Positions 1-12,605 of a stretch of DNA of 64,000 nucleotides are shown here, in pieces (position 1 is the stretch's first letter; every line of letters begins with the position of its first letter). The stretch spans positions 36,642,001-36,706,000 of the forward strand of contig OY740792.1 of the NCBI GenBank assembly GCA_963514005.1, read 5' to 3'. The position numbers and the translations under genes were made by a program. This DNA is from Raja brachyura. Lineage: Eukaryota. Under the pieces are notes generated by a model. The model was given only the letters and a program-made list of their open reading frames with translations, made no database searches and was not told the DNA's origin.

Positions 1-285
1 GGGAGCATAGGCTTAGAATAAAATGACGGGCCTTTAGAATGAGGAGGAATTTATTTAGCCAGAGGGTGTGAATGCGTGGAATTCACTGCCACAGACGGTT
101 GTGGGGGCCGATATGGGGTATTTTTTAAGCAGAGATTGATAGGTCCTTGATTAGTAAGGGTGTCAATGGTTACAAGAAGGAGGCAGGAGAAAGGGGTTGT
201 GAGAGAAAAATGGATTAGTCGGGATCGAATAACAGTGCAGGCTCAATGGGCCAAATTGCTTAATTCTGCTCCTGTCGTAAGATCT
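1..285 (+). mobile_element. CR1-type LINE 3' end fragment
   Basis: Matches the 3' ends of the longer CR1 copies ([16 protein letters not shown] region; gggcc-aa-tg-ct-attctgctcct tail). Confidence 0.8.
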
Positions 286-360
286 TACGTTCTATAAGGA
301 ACCTTTGAATACAGAGTTTTGGGCTCATTGTACCTTGGATGTGGTCAGCACACTACACAT

Positions 361-736
361 GGGTGGCAGAGTGGCACAGCTGGTAGAGACGCTGCCTCAC
401 AGCGCTGGAGACCCAGGACTATCCTGACCTCGGCTGCTGTCTGTGTGGAGTTTGCACATTCTCGCTGTGACTGCATGGGTTACCTCCCACATCCCAAAGA
501 TCTGTGGGTTACACAAAAAGCTGGAGAAACTCAGCGGGTGCAGCAGCATCTAAGGAGCGAAGGAGATAGGCGACGTTTCGGGTCGAGACCCTTCTTCAGA
601 CTCGGGTTTGTAGGTTAATAAATTGCCTCTAGTGTGTAGGGAGTGGATGAAAAAGTGTGAACGACCGACTGATGGTCGGCGTGGACTCAGTGGACCAAAG
701 GTCCTAATTCCATGGTGTACATCTAAACTAAACTAA
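361..736 (+). mobile_element. HE1-type tRNA-derived SINE interrupted by a Penelope pLTR unit at ~507-602
   Basis: tRNA-like head ggtggcagagtggcacagctggtagag, central ctgtgtggagtttgcac core, taaactaaac tail. Confidence 0.85.
507..602 (-). mobile_element. Penelope-like pseudo-LTR unit with intact minimal hammerhead core (569-602)
   Basis: Minus strand reads AGU-CUGAAGA-A-GGGU-CUCG-ACCC-GAAA-C-GUC-GCC; near-identical variant copy at 50165-50252. Confidence 0.8.
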
Positions 737-1577
737 ATGTTTATATATCAGATCTTCACAGCTGGAAACAGGAATTGAACTGAATTATCCTTAGATGTGC
801 ATTTTGAAGTAACTGAGAAAAATGTGGTGTTTAAGAAGGAATGATGGAAAATCGAAGGTAAACAAGATAGTTCATGATGCCCTGTTTCCATGCAGTAACA
901 TTCAGTTCGATCTCAAGTCTGCACTCACTCATGGCCAGAATGGAACTTCATTATGTCATTGTGTATCACTTCCATGTTCGTCAGAGTTTTGCTCATGTGA
1001 TATGAAGGGCAGAAAATGGAAATGTTCTACTTTAAAGTTGCAGCCTTGCGTTCCCACAAGTCGAAGCTAGGTCACAATCTTCTGTAGCTCGACATTGCTG
1101 CATAATTTTTAAATTACTACAGCTCGTTTCTTTACAGACCGTTTCAAAGTAATTTTCCAGTTGTTCACATGGGCAGAATTGTTTTAATGTCCTTCAAACC
1201 TCTCACATGAATCCCTCCTACCCAGTTGACCCTGACAAGTTCTGACTTTTTCCAAATTTACCACAGCACACTTCTCTTTTTCCTTTTGAAGGTCATGCCA
1301 GCTCATAGCTTGTTCGCTGCAGTTTGACCTCATACTCTAAACTACAATCTCCCATTTATCTTCAGGCCTCAGTGTAATTTGCTTTTCTCTGTCTTGAACC
1401 CACCCTCGTTTTTGCTGCACCACTCCCTACCTCCCCACACCCACTCCATTCAAGTTCCCCTCCCATTCTCAGTTCATGTTTATGTTCTCCCTTATCACGA
1501 CTTCTTACGCCCATGACTCACATCAGTCAGTGCCGCCCTGAGGGCAGTGGTAGGCAGCACCTAGGAGTCAGTAAAAA

Positions 1578-2058
1578 GTAGACACAAGAACTGCAGATGG
1601 TGGAATCTTGAGTAAAACATAAGGTTCTGGGGCAATCCTGAAGTCTCGAGAAGAGTCCTGACGCGAACCTTCAACTATCCATTCCTTCCTCAGATGTTGC
1701 CTGACTCGCTGAGTCCATGAGTTCATAAGTCATAGGAGCAGAATTAGACCATTCAGTCCATCAAGTTTACCGCCATTCAATCGCGGCAGATCTATATTTC
1801 CCTCTCAACCCCATACTCCTGTCTTCTCCCCATAACCAGCTTAAAAATATCCTTTGACTTGGCCTCCATAGCCTTCTGTGACAATGAATTCCACAGATTC
1901 ACCACCCTCTGACTAAAGAAATTCCGCCTCATCTCCTTTCCAAAGGAGCATCCTTTTATTCTGAGGCTACGCCCTCTGGTCCTAGACTCTCCCACTAGTG
2001 GAAACATGGCTCTCCACATTCATAACATGATGAGTTCCTCCAGCAATCTGTGTTTTAC
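1578..2058. mobile_element. Inverted Penelope pLTR pair interrupted by a minus-strand CR1 3' fragment (~1722-2020)
   Basis: gtagacacaagaactgcagatg... left arm; right arm gatgttgcctgactcgctgagt resumes as tgagttcctccagcaatctgtg after the CR1 piece (ORF 1792..2019, [12 protein letters not shown]...[15 protein letters not shown]). Confidence 0.7.
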
Positions 2059-2104
2059 TTAGGATTCAGGAGTCAGGATTGGAATAAGAGGATATTGAAT
2101 TGAA

Positions 2105-2385
2105 AGTTACAGCATGGAAAAAGGCCCTCTCGCCTGCCAACTCCACGTTGACCACAGATCACCCATTCACACTAGTTCTATGTTATCCCACTTTCTCATC
2201 CATTCCCTACACACCGAGGGCAATTTTTACAGAGGCCAATCAACCTACAAGATGGCATGTCTTTGGGATGTTGGAGAAAACCGGGACACGCGGAGGAAAC
2301 AAACACGTTCCAGGATGAACGTGCAAACTCCATGCAGACAGCACTCAAGGGTAGGATCGAACCTGGGTCTCTGGCGTTGTGAGGC
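2105..2385 (-). mobile_element. HE1-type SINE
   Basis: Reverse complement of SINE body and tail (gatcacccattcacactagttctatgttatcccac, ggatcgaacctgggtctctggcg). Confidence 0.85.
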
Positions 2386-2761
2386 TGGAGTGTAGCTGAA
2401 AGCCCAGAGTACTGGGAGTCGTATATTGAAGATCTTTTTCTTCTGCCTGTCTGGAAATAAGTTACATATGTGAGCAGAAGGTCACAGAATCCATTACACT
2501 CGACCCCCCCAACCTGAATATTACCTTAGTATTGCTCAGGATAAAGTGCCTAATCGGCAGTAAGTAGGCAAGGAATGATCCTAGCTCTTTCATATCACTG
2601 TTCTTCCACTCGCCCGCCTTCACACCACGCCCAGATGGATTTCACTTCCTTCCCCATTCCTCTCCCACCCTCCCCCAATCTAAAGTGAGTCTGTGTTTCT
2701 ATCTATGCCCCAGCAGGGATGATGGATGAGTTGGGGAATGTGGCTAAATGTGTGTGAATAA

Positions 2762-2955
2762 TGGTCTCGACCCGAAACGTCACCTATTCCTTTTCTCCAG
2801 AGATGCTGCCTGACCCGCTGAGTTACTCCAGCATTTTGTGTCCATCATCAGTGTGGCTGATCAAATGGACACGTTGCTGGATTAACTCAGCAGGTCTGGC
2901 AGCAGGTCTGGAGAACATGGATAGGTAACCTTTTCGGTCGGGACCTTCCTTCAAC
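2762..2955. mobile_element. Two Penelope pLTR units in inverted orientation, joined at their 3' ends (opposite polarity to the other pairs)
   Basis: ggtctcgacccgaaacgtcacc...ttttgtgtccat followed by atggacacgttgctgg...cggtcgggaccttcc. Confidence 0.7.
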
Positions 2956-4494
2956 CTTACCATGCTGATGCCTGGTAACATTTGGACCACCCTCTCGAAC
3001 TTGAAATCAGTCCTTAATTGTTAGACAACAGGGTCTCTCGTGTTTAACTGGACCGAGATTGTGTGTGCCCACTTCAGATTTGTTGCTGATCAGTCTGTAT
3101 AACTCACTTTGGATGAACAGTGACATCTGCTGAAAGTAAATACTAACGGCAGCTTTATTAAACAAGGAAACAGTTCTTTAAAATAAAGAGGCCTTATTTC
3201 CAGCTATTACTTGAGTTAATGAGTGTATGACATGCGCAACCCATTGGAAAAATAACCAGAGGTCTAACATACACTAATTTCTTTGTCTAGTGGCATTACA
3301 ATTTTTCACTCAGGTTTGATATAGATGCCAAAGGTCTCCAGCAATTCCATATTAATATTTGGAATGGAAACAGCAGTTGGACATCTCACCGTCTCCTTCC
3401 TGTTTGCTTTTAAAGACGTATACCTCACTATTCACACTGATCACAAACCTATTTAGAGTAACCTATTTAAAGAACATAGCATAACACAGCTATTCCCTAG
3501 CCTATGATTTATTTAGATGGTCAGGAGAAGTTGCAGGAATGTTTTTGGCACTACCCGTTTCCTGCTCCACCCTTCATACTTGAGGTTGAGGTGGTGATGA
3601 GGCAGAATTTCCACACTGACCTGCCAGTTGAAGAGCAAAATCCAGTACTTCCTTTAAAATTATCTCAACTTTTTTTTAATGCAATGTGCATTCCAGTAAC
3701 TATATCTAGTAATCCAATTATCAAGAATTGGTGGTTATTGCTTTTGGGCTTTATTGTGCAACATAATTGGTGATGTTTCAGGTTGAGACCTTTCTTCTGG
3801 AATGGTAGGGAAGGGAAGAGGAGGGTCTCAAGCCAAAATGTCACCTATTCCTTGTCTCCAGAGATGCTGCCTGACCCGCTGAGTTACTCCAGCATTTTGT
3901 GTCTTTCCAAGCAAGAAGATTGATGAAGGCAGGGCAATTGACGTGTAATTACTTTTTTATTTATTCAACTTTCTTTTAGTTTGTGTAATAAATTATCCAT
4001 TGAGTACAGTGTTTACCAACCTGTTGCGCTGCTGCAAGTAAGAATTCCATCGTTCTGTTTCGGTACATATGACAATAAAACACTCTTGACTCTTTTACCC
4101 TTGAATAAGTGCCCACACTCCCATCAGCTTTTCCTGACAGTTTACAGAGGGCGGAATAGTAGCAACTTCTTAGAGTAAAAATTTTGGGACCAAGATTTTC
4201 TTCATTAAGGTAGCTACAGTAATCAAGGGATGGTGTTCAAACTCATTGTCTGACCAGAGTCAAATGCCTGTTAGACTCAATCTCATATTCTGAAACCACT
4301 ACGGATTTTCATTTGGAATTGCATGTATCGATGTATTTCTAAATGACAATAAAGTTTGTTTGACTTTGACTTGACTTTGACACTATCTCGAATTTATATT
4401 CGGGTCTCAGTGTAATTTGCTTTTCTCTGTCTTGAACCAACCCTGTTTTTTGCAGCACCACTCCCTAATGAATCAAAATATCATAGAACATAGA

Positions 4495-6335
4495 ATATAA
4501 AGCAGGATAGCAAAAGCTTCTTTAGGTATGTGAAGAGGAAAAAATTAGTTAAGACCAAAGTTGGACCCTTGAAGACCAAAAAAGGTGAATTTATTATGGG
4601 GAACAAGGAAATGACAGATGAGATAAACAGGTACTTTAGATCTGTCTTCACTAAGGAGGACACAAACAATCTTCCTGATATAGTAGTGGCCAGAGGATCT
4701 GGGGTGACGGAGGAACTGAAGGAAATCCCCATTAGGCAGGAAATGGTGTTGGATAGACTGATGGGACTGAAGGCTGTTAAATCCCAGGGCCTGATGGTCT
4801 GCATCCCAGGGTACTTAAGGAAGTGGCTCTAAAAAATCGTGGATGCATTGGTGATATTTTTCCAATGTTTTATAGACTCAGGACCAGTTGTGGATTGGAG
4901 GGTAGCTAATGTAATGCCACTTTTTAAGAAAGGCGGGAGAGAGAAAACAGGGAATTATAGACCAGTTAGCCTGATATCGGTGGTGGAGAAGGTGCTGGAG
5001 TCAATTATAAAAGATGAGATAGCTGAACATTTGGATAGCAGTAACAGGATCGGTCCGAGTCAGCATGGATTTACGAATGGGAAATCATGCTTGACTAATC
5101 TTCTGGAAATTTTTGAAGATGTAACTAGGAAAATGGACAAGGGAGAGCCAGTGGATGTAGTGTACCTGGACTTTCAGAAAACATTTGATAAGGCCCCACA
5201 CAGATTAGTGTGCAAAATTAGGGCACATGGTATTGGGGGTAGAGTGCTGACATGGATAGAGAAGTGGTTGGCAGACAGGAAACAAAGAGTAGGGATTAAT
5301 GGGTCCCTTTCAGAATGGCAGGCAGTGACCAGTGGGGTACCGCAAGGCTCGGTGCTGGGACCGCAGCTATTTACAATATACATCAAAGATTTGGATGAAG
5401 GGATTCAAAGTAACATTAGCAAATTTGCAGATGACACAAAGCTGGGTGGCAGTGTGAACCGTGAGGAGGATGCTATGAGAATGCAGGGTGACTTGGACAG
5501 GTTGGGGGAGTGGGCAGATGCATGGCAGATGAAGTTTAATGCGGATAAATGTGAGGTCATCCACTTTGGTAGCAAAAACAGGAAAGCAGATTACTCTCTA
5601 AATGGCATCAGGTTGGGAAAAGGGGAAGTACAACGGGATCTGGGGGTCCTTGTACATCAGTGTATGAAAGTAAGCATGCAGGTACAGCTGGCAGTGAAGA
5701 AAGCGAATGGCATGTTGGCCTTTATAACAAGAGGATTCAAGAATCGGAACAAACAGGTTCTTCTACAGTTGTATAGAGCCTAGTGAGACCACCTGGAGTA
5801 TTGTGTGCAAATTATCCCAAATTTGAGGAAGGGCATTCTTGCTATTGCAGGAATGCAGCGTAGGTTTACAAGTTTAATTCCCGGGATGGCGGGACTGTCA
5901 TATGCTGAGAGAATGGGCTTATACTCTCTGGAGTTTAGAGTGATGAGAGTGAATCTCATTGAAACATATAAGATTGTTAAGGGTTTGGACACCCTAGGGG
6001 CAGGAAACATGTTCCGATGTTGCGGGAGTCCAGAACCAGAGGCCACAGTTTAAGAATAAGGGGTAAGCCATTTAGAACAGAGACGAGGAAACACTTTTTC
6101 TCACAGAGAGTGGTGAGTCTGTGGAATTCTCTGCCTCAGAGGGCGGTGGAGGCAGGTTCTCTGGATACTTTCAACAGAGAGCTAGATAGGGCTCTTAAAA
6201 ATAGCGGAATCAGGGGATATGGGGAGAAGGCAGGAACGGGGTACTGATTGGGGATGATCACCCATGATCACATTGAATGATGGTGCTGACTCAAAGGGCC
6301 GAATGACCTACTCCTGCACCTATTGTCTATTGTCG
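4495..6335 (+). mobile_element. CR1-type LINE, 5'-truncated, with frameshifted reverse transcriptase ORF2
   Basis: ORFs 4530..4832, 4839..5783, 5805..6053, 6017..6247 carry NYRPVSL, QHGF, LDF.K.FD, GVPQGSVLGP.LF, FADD motifs; tail gggccgaatgacctactcctgcacctattgtctattgt. Confidence 0.95.
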
Positions 6336-6941
6336 ATTGACATACGAGCAGAATTAAGCCATTCGGCCAATCTAGTCTGCTCCGCTATTCTACCTGAAAA
6401 CCCAAAGAAACCACGGACTTTAAACAGTAGATTTTATGTAGACACAAGGAATTGCAGACGCTTGTTTACATTGCATACTGTTTATGTAGATTTGATGTAG
6501 TTTCTCTTGCCTGTGGACCATTGGAAGTCATTAATATACAGCTCACAAAGCAATTGTTCTTATATTAAGGGCACAAAGTTGAAAATTCATTGTTTGGTCA
6601 GACATTTGGACAGGTATTTGGATGCGAAAGGTTTATAGGGATATGGGCCAAACATGAGCAGGTGGGACTAATGTAAATGGGGCATCTTGGTTGGCATGGG
6701 CCTGTTGGGCCGAAGAGCCTGTTTCTGTGCTGTGGGGCTTTGTAACTCTATCATCAATCACCAGTGAGGTACCCATAGACTGTAAAGTACTTATGGGCCA
6801 TAAGACGATGCTTCTTCAGATATATGAGTCATTTAGGGAGAGGTTGTCGTTCTCCGGTAGCTGTTTATCCTTGTGAACTATACTGGGAGTCAAGAGTGTT
6901 TAATTGTCACGACAACAGAACAATGAAGCGGTGTAACGAGT

Positions 6942-7120
6942 GTAGAAACAAGGAACTGCAGATGCTGGTTTACGAAAAAGGACACAAAGTGCTGCAGTAA
7001 CTCCGCAGGTCAGGCAGCATCTCTGGGGAACATGGATAGGTGACTTTTCGGGTCGGGTACTTCCCCAGACTCCAGCTGCCTGATTCATTGAGTTACCCCA
7101 GCACTGTGTCCATTTTCTAT
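6942..7120. mobile_element. Inverted Penelope pLTR pair
   Basis: ggacacaaagtgctgcagtaactc... paired with ...gagttaccccagcactgtgtcc. Confidence 0.7.
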
Positions 7121-7731
7121 GTAGCATAGCAGGCCTGTAACACAATGCACTTTGATAATCTTTAATAAGATTAAATACAATAGATTAATAACCACAATAT
7201 GAGTACAAAAAAACACCCAAAGTCCTTAGTGTAAGCAAGAACTTTGTCCATAGAAGTTTATAGTTGAGGTTAGTGTGGTGTTGTGTTCAAAAACATGATG
7301 GTTGTTGGGAAGCGGCTATTGTTGAACCTGATGGGAAGGATTTTCAGACTCCTGTACCGATCCATGTACAGGAGCAATACAGGAGGAGATCAGGATGGTG
7401 TGGGTATTACATGACATTGGCAACCTTTTGGAGATAGTGCCTCCCGTGACAGGCCAAACCTGTGTTGGAGTGAGCAGGTAGCATTTGTTGACAGCACAAC
7501 ATTACTAGAACCATTCTGCACCGCTTACATGCAAAGGTTACCAAATAATGACTCCCTGATTCCCTTTTCTCTTCTGAGACTTGAGTGGAGAACATTGTAC
7601 TACTGCACTCAGGTGTCTTTTGGGTAAGTTTAATGTCCCGACCCAAAGCATCGCCTGGGCATTCCCTCTGCAGATTTTGCTTGGCCTGCTGAATTATACC
7701 AGAAAAGGACACCAAGTGCAGTAATAACTCA

Positions 7732-8678
7732 TAGAAACACTAGAAGCATATAAAAATAGGTGCAGGATTAGGCCATTTCGCCCATCAAGCCAGCACCGCC
7801 ATGCAATATGATCAGGGCTGATCATCTAAAATCAGTACCCCGCTCCTGTTTTTTCCCCATTCCCCATGATTCCTTTAGCCCTAGAGCTAAATCTAACTCT
7901 CTTGAAAACATCCAGTGAATTGGCCTTCACTGCCTTCTGTGGCAGAGAATCCATAGATTTACAACTCTCTGGGTGAAGATGATTTTCCTCATTGCAGTCC
8001 TAAATGGCCTACCCCTTATTCTTAAACTGTGACCCCTGGTTCTGGACTCCCACAACATTGGGAACAGTTTTCTGCATCTAGCCGGTCCAATCCTTTAAGA
8101 ATGTTATATGTTTTTATAAGATCCCCTCTCATCTTTCTAAATTCCAGTCAATACAAGCCCAGTCCACCCATTCTTTCATCATATGTCAATTCCACCATCC
8201 CGGGAATTAACCTGGTGAACCTACGCTGCACTCACTCAATGGCAATAATGTCCTACCTCAAATTAGGAGACCAAAATTGCATACAATACTCCAGGTGCGG
8301 TCTCACCAGGGCCCTGAAGGCAGTAGGACTTCCTTGTTCCTAAACTCAAATCCTCTCGCAATGAAGGCCAACATGCCATTAGCTTTCTTCACTGCCTGGT
8401 GTACTTGCATGCTTACTTTCAGTGACTGATGTACAAGCACACCCAGGTTTCGTTGCACCTCCCCTTTTCCTAATCTGACACCATCAGATAATAATCTGCC
8501 TTTCTGTTCTTTCCACCAAAGTGGATAACCTCACATTTATCCACATATACTGCATCTGCCATGTATATGCCCACTATATGCCTCATAGCATCCTCATCGC
8601 AGCTCACACTGCCAACCAGCTTTGTGTCTTCTGCAAATTTGGAGATGTCACATTTAATTCCCTTGTCTAAATCGTTAA
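7732..8678 (-). mobile_element. CR1-type LINE (3' part), continues at 11624-12133 and ~12420-12605
   Basis: Reverse complement of the CR1 RT C-terminus and 3' tail; same family as 4495-6335. Confidence 0.9.
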
Positions 8679-9069
8679 TCTATATTACTAAAAGTCTGAT
8701 CTTGACCACTTCCTGTTGTTCTGTGTATTGATTTTAGAAAAAACGCTGCCACTTACGGCTGTGATTTTTGGCCATCTTACTCAGAGTCCCCCTTCGGTGT
8801 GCAGGACAAGAGGATTTTCCCCATCGATGAAAAATAAAAGAATTATTAGTGTTTAAAACATGTTGAGATTCTCTCTCCTGAAGGCCGCGCCCCATCTGGA
8901 GGGACTATAAAGCCCGGAAGGTTTGAGTGCCTCAGTCAGTCTCTGCAAGATGGGGGAGCGAGAGGGTCACGTCACTCAGTCTGAGCAGTGAATAACACTG
9001 AACACATGTCTACTAAACTGTGAGTGGTTTTACTGACCTGTCAGTGCCCTTAATGTGGTTTGAAAATAT

Positions 9070-9200
9070 AGTTTGGAAATGCTAAAGCTGTGTTGCCTTT
9101 GGTTTGGAAATGCTAAAGCTGTGTTGCCTAATTAAAGTTGCCTTGCCCAATTAAAGTTGGCTTGCCTAATTAAAGTTGCCTTGCCTAATTAAAGTTGCCT
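9070..9200. repeat. Minisatellites inside Helitron: (tttggaaatgctaaagctgtgttgcct)x2 then ~19-bp (aattaaagttgccttgcct)x~4
   Basis: Directly visible tandem copies. Confidence 0.85.
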
Positions 9201-9527
9201 TCTCTTCTATATAATTAAATGTCTAATCTTGACCACTTCCTGTTTGCGCTTTATACTGATTTTAGAATTCATGCTACCACGTACGGCTGTGATTTTTGGC
9301 CATCCTACTCTCCGCTCATCAGGTGCCGAGGATTTTCGCCCATCGATGAAAAATAAAAGAGTTATTAGTGATTAAAAAATGTTGAGATTTTCTCTCATGT
9401 CAATCACACCATGAAGGACACGCCCCTTCTGGTGGGAGGGAGGAGGGAGTATAAAACCCAGAAGTGTGGGCATGGCTCAGTCTCTGTAAGAGGTGGAGGA
9501 AGGAGAGGTCATGACTCGCTGTCTTTA

Positions 9528-9650
9528 GTGGCCTTGCACCCTGCTTGAAATGGTATGAAACTGCACTTGAATTTGGTAGCCTTGCACCCTGCTTGAAGTG
9601 GTAAGAAACTGAACTTGAATTTGGTGGCCTTGCACCCTGCTTGAAATGGA
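9528..9650. repeat. 48-bp tandem repeat (~2.5 copies) inside Helitron
   Basis: (g)gtggccttgcaccctgcttgaaatggtatgaaactgcacttgaattt repeated; produces the HFKQGAR repeats in ORF 9400..9747. Confidence 0.85.
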
Positions 9651-9862
9651 ATTTCAAGGAATAGCTGCGAGTCAACTGCAAGCCCACCAGCCGTGAGTGA
9701 GTGAGCTGCCAGCTCAACAGGCTTGAGTAATTGAACCACCGGCCCAAGAATCCATTCGGCCCAAAATGTCCATACTAGCCCTCAATAAACCAGTCCCTTC
9801 ATCCCACAACCCCTACCCCCCCCCCCCCCCCCACCACACTGGCCACCTATATTCGGAGAATC

Positions 9863-11623
9863 GGAAAAAAGGAGACCTTCATGAGGAAGCCACTGGAACC
9901 AGGCCTGCACCTAGCCATCACCCTCTGGTACCTGGCATCAGGAGACTCATACAAGAGCCTCTCCTACAACTTTCTTGTGGCCCACAACACCATCAGCTAA
10001 GTTGTCCGAGAGACCTGTGAGGCCATAATCAAAGCTTATGGAGTCATGGACTGCCCTGGTACATCAGATGAGTGGTACAGGGCGTTGATACCAGATGGAA
10101 CTTCCAACACACATGAGGGGCAGTGGACGGCAAGCTTGTGGTCATCAGGTGTCCACCCAAGGGAGGTTAAATCCACTTCAACTACAAGACGTTCCATTCC
10201 ATCGCACTCATAGCTGTGGTGGAAGCAAACTGCAACTTCCTGTTTATGGATATGGGCACACCTGGCAGTGTCACAGATGGAAGGATCTGGAGAGAGACCT
10301 CCTTTGGGCAAGCACTGGAATAACGAAGAGCAGGCTTTCCTGATCCAGAACCTCTGCCAGGAGAAGACAACCCTGACATCCACTACACACTGGTTGCTGA
10401 TGATGCCTTCCCACTCAGGTCATGGGTGATGAAGCCATACCCTCACAGGCAGATGTCAAGGGAGCAGAGGATCGGCAACTACAGACTGTCCAGGGCTAGG
10501 AGGGTCGTGGAAAATGCCTTCGGCATCCTCACCAGTAGATTCAGATGCTTGCTGACTACGATGGAGCAGGAGCCCAAGAATGTGGAGACCATTGTCTACG
10601 CAGCATGTGTCCTCCACAACCTGCTCTGTACCAGAAGTGCTGCAGCAGCAGCCATAGTGGAGGGTGACCGAGTGGACAACCAGTCAGGCAACATCACACC
10701 AGGCTCTTGGAGAGCTGGAGGACAGGCTGCATCTATGGTGCCACTGGAGAGATTGCCAGGAAACACCGGCAAAAAGAGAGCCAAGGACCAGAGAGACCAT
10801 CTCTGCACTTACTACAACTCCGAACTAGACAGTGTACCATAGCAGAACAACATGATCTGAAGACCAGCAGCAAACAGCCCACACAGGCCACCCAGGGCCA
10901 CCCACAACCTACCAAAATACTTTAATTTTCAATGCAGTACAATGCTTGTGTTTGTGTTTGCTTTATTGATCAAATTATATGAAATGTTATATTTGAATAT
11001 TAAATTTTGAAAGTGATGCCATGAGGCACTACTTTGAAAAACAATAGCTTCATACATCAATTTGCTATCAAAATGTCAAATATTTCCTTTGTTGATATTG
11101 AAACATACAAAAGTTTTAACAACAAAAAATGTTGATCAGAACATGCAACAGCGTACAAAAATATTATAACCACATAAAAAATTAAATGATCTATGATAAA
11201 TCTATAAAGAATCATCACTTTAATAGCAAAAAAGGTTTGAATTATTAATAGATTAGAAAGAACATGCAACAGTGCATACAAAAATAAATTTAATATAATT
11301 GTTTTTTCCAATGCGCCAATGAAATTCACCGGTCAGCACCAGCGAGAACCTGCATCACTAGGGCAAAAACCTACGTTAACCTGGCGACAACCTACCATAG
11401 CACCTGCATCAAGAGAAGTCAAGATATGCTCATATGCATCAAACCCACTGTCTCCTAAATGTTTTCAACATGTTGAAAATTTTGCTGTGACCAGAAATGC
11501 GCTACAACTTTTTGCGCGACTTAGGAGACTACTCACAACCATTCAGGCGACACCCCGGTGACCACAGGCGACAGCCAAGTCCGCTGTAGTCGCCTAAAAT
11601 ATTGCCTAAGTCGGACAGGCCCA
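9863..11623 (+). mobile_element. PIF/Harbinger DNA transposon, 5'-truncated, with decayed DDE transposase (~9865-10850) and right TIR
   Basis: Translates to LAITLWYLASGDSYKSL, GAVDG, NYKTFHSI, ADDAFPL, NYRLSRARRVVENAFGIL.SRFR, AACVLHN (HARBI1-like) with stops and frameshifts; ends aagtcggacaggccca|taa. Confidence 0.9.
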
Positions 11624-12605
11624 TAAGGCTAACTGGTCTATAATTCCCCATTTTTCTCTCTCCCTCCTTTCTTAAAAAGTGGCTAAACATTGGCTACCCT
11701 CCAGTCCACAGGAACTGAATCAGAGTCGAGAGAACATTGGAAAATGATCACCAATGCATCCACGATTTCTAGTGCCACCTTGAGTACTCTGGGATCCAAA
11801 CCAACAGGCCTTGAGGATTTCTCTGCCTTCAATCCCAACCGTTACCTAACACCATTTTCTGACTAATGTGGATTCCCTACAGTTCCTGCCTCCCACTAGA
11901 TCCTCGGTCCCCTAGTATTTCTGGGAGATTGTTTGTGTCTTCCTTAGTGAAAACAGAACCAAAGTACTTGTTTAATGTTCTGCCATTTCTTTGTTTCCCA
12001 TTGTCAATTCACCTGTCTCTGATTGTAAGGGACCTTCGTTTGTCTTCACTAATCTTTTCCTTTTTACATATCTACAGAAGCTTTTAGAGTCAGTCTTTAT
12101 ATTCCCCACAAGCTTTCTTTCATGCTCTTTTTCAAGTTCAAGTTCACATTTATTGCCACATGCACCGATTAAGGTCCAGTGGAATTTGACTTGCCATACA
12201 GCCATATAATCAAAAAAGAGCAAAATACACAATAGAATACACCATGAACATCCACCACAGTGGAATCAACATTCATCACTGTGGTGGAAGTCAGTCTTCC
12301 TCCTTTGTTCATCCATGGTCGGGGCCATGAACCCTTTGCAGTCGCCACTACGGTTGTCCGATTTACAGGCCCTCTCATTGGGATGCTCGAAACTCTGACG
12401 TCGGGACAGACAGACACTCCCTCTCTTAATTAATCCCTTTGTCTTCCTCTGTTAAGTTCTAAATTTCTCCCAGTCCTTCGGTTTGCTGCTTCCTCTGGCC
12501 AATTTATACCCCTTTTGCTTGGATTTAACACAATCCTTGATTTCCCTCGTTAGCCACGGTTGAGCCTCCTTCCCCATTTTATCTTTTTGCCGGACAGGGA
12601 TGACC
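11624..12605 (-). mobile_element. CR1-type LINE (upstream part), interrupted at ~12135-12420 by a Rex1/L2-like 3' end
   Basis: ggctaactggtctataatt (NYRPVS reversed); ORFs 11972..12232 and 12452..12634 resemble the CR1 pre-RT region. Confidence 0.8.

Larger units (their letters stand above)
8679..9862 (+). mobile_element. Non-autonomous Helitron-like element (composite, two 5' modules at 8679 and 9206; 3' end lost)
   Basis: Starts A|TCTATAT..aaaagtctgatcttgaccacttcctg; 9735-9860 matches the 3' half of the complete copy at 27530-28015; contains minisatellites. Confidence 0.7.

Noticed and set aside
506-608. Apparent 5-bp TSD (gggtt) around the pLTR insertion in the first SINE
   Set aside because: The sister copy at 50165 also begins gggtacac, so gggt likely belongs to the element end (microhomology) rather than a true TSD.
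4839-5783. 314-aa reverse transcriptase ORF as an active or domesticated gene
   Set aside because: Part of a 5'-truncated, frameshifted CR1 copy with no endonuclease domain.
9070-9650. Short repeats resembling a CRISPR array
   Set aside because: Head-to-tail minisatellites without unique spacers, inside a Helitron in eukaryotic DNA.
10426-10842. ORF resembling host gene HARBI1
   Set aside because: Upstream frame has stops and frameshifts and a TIR lies downstream: decayed transposon, not a domesticated gene.
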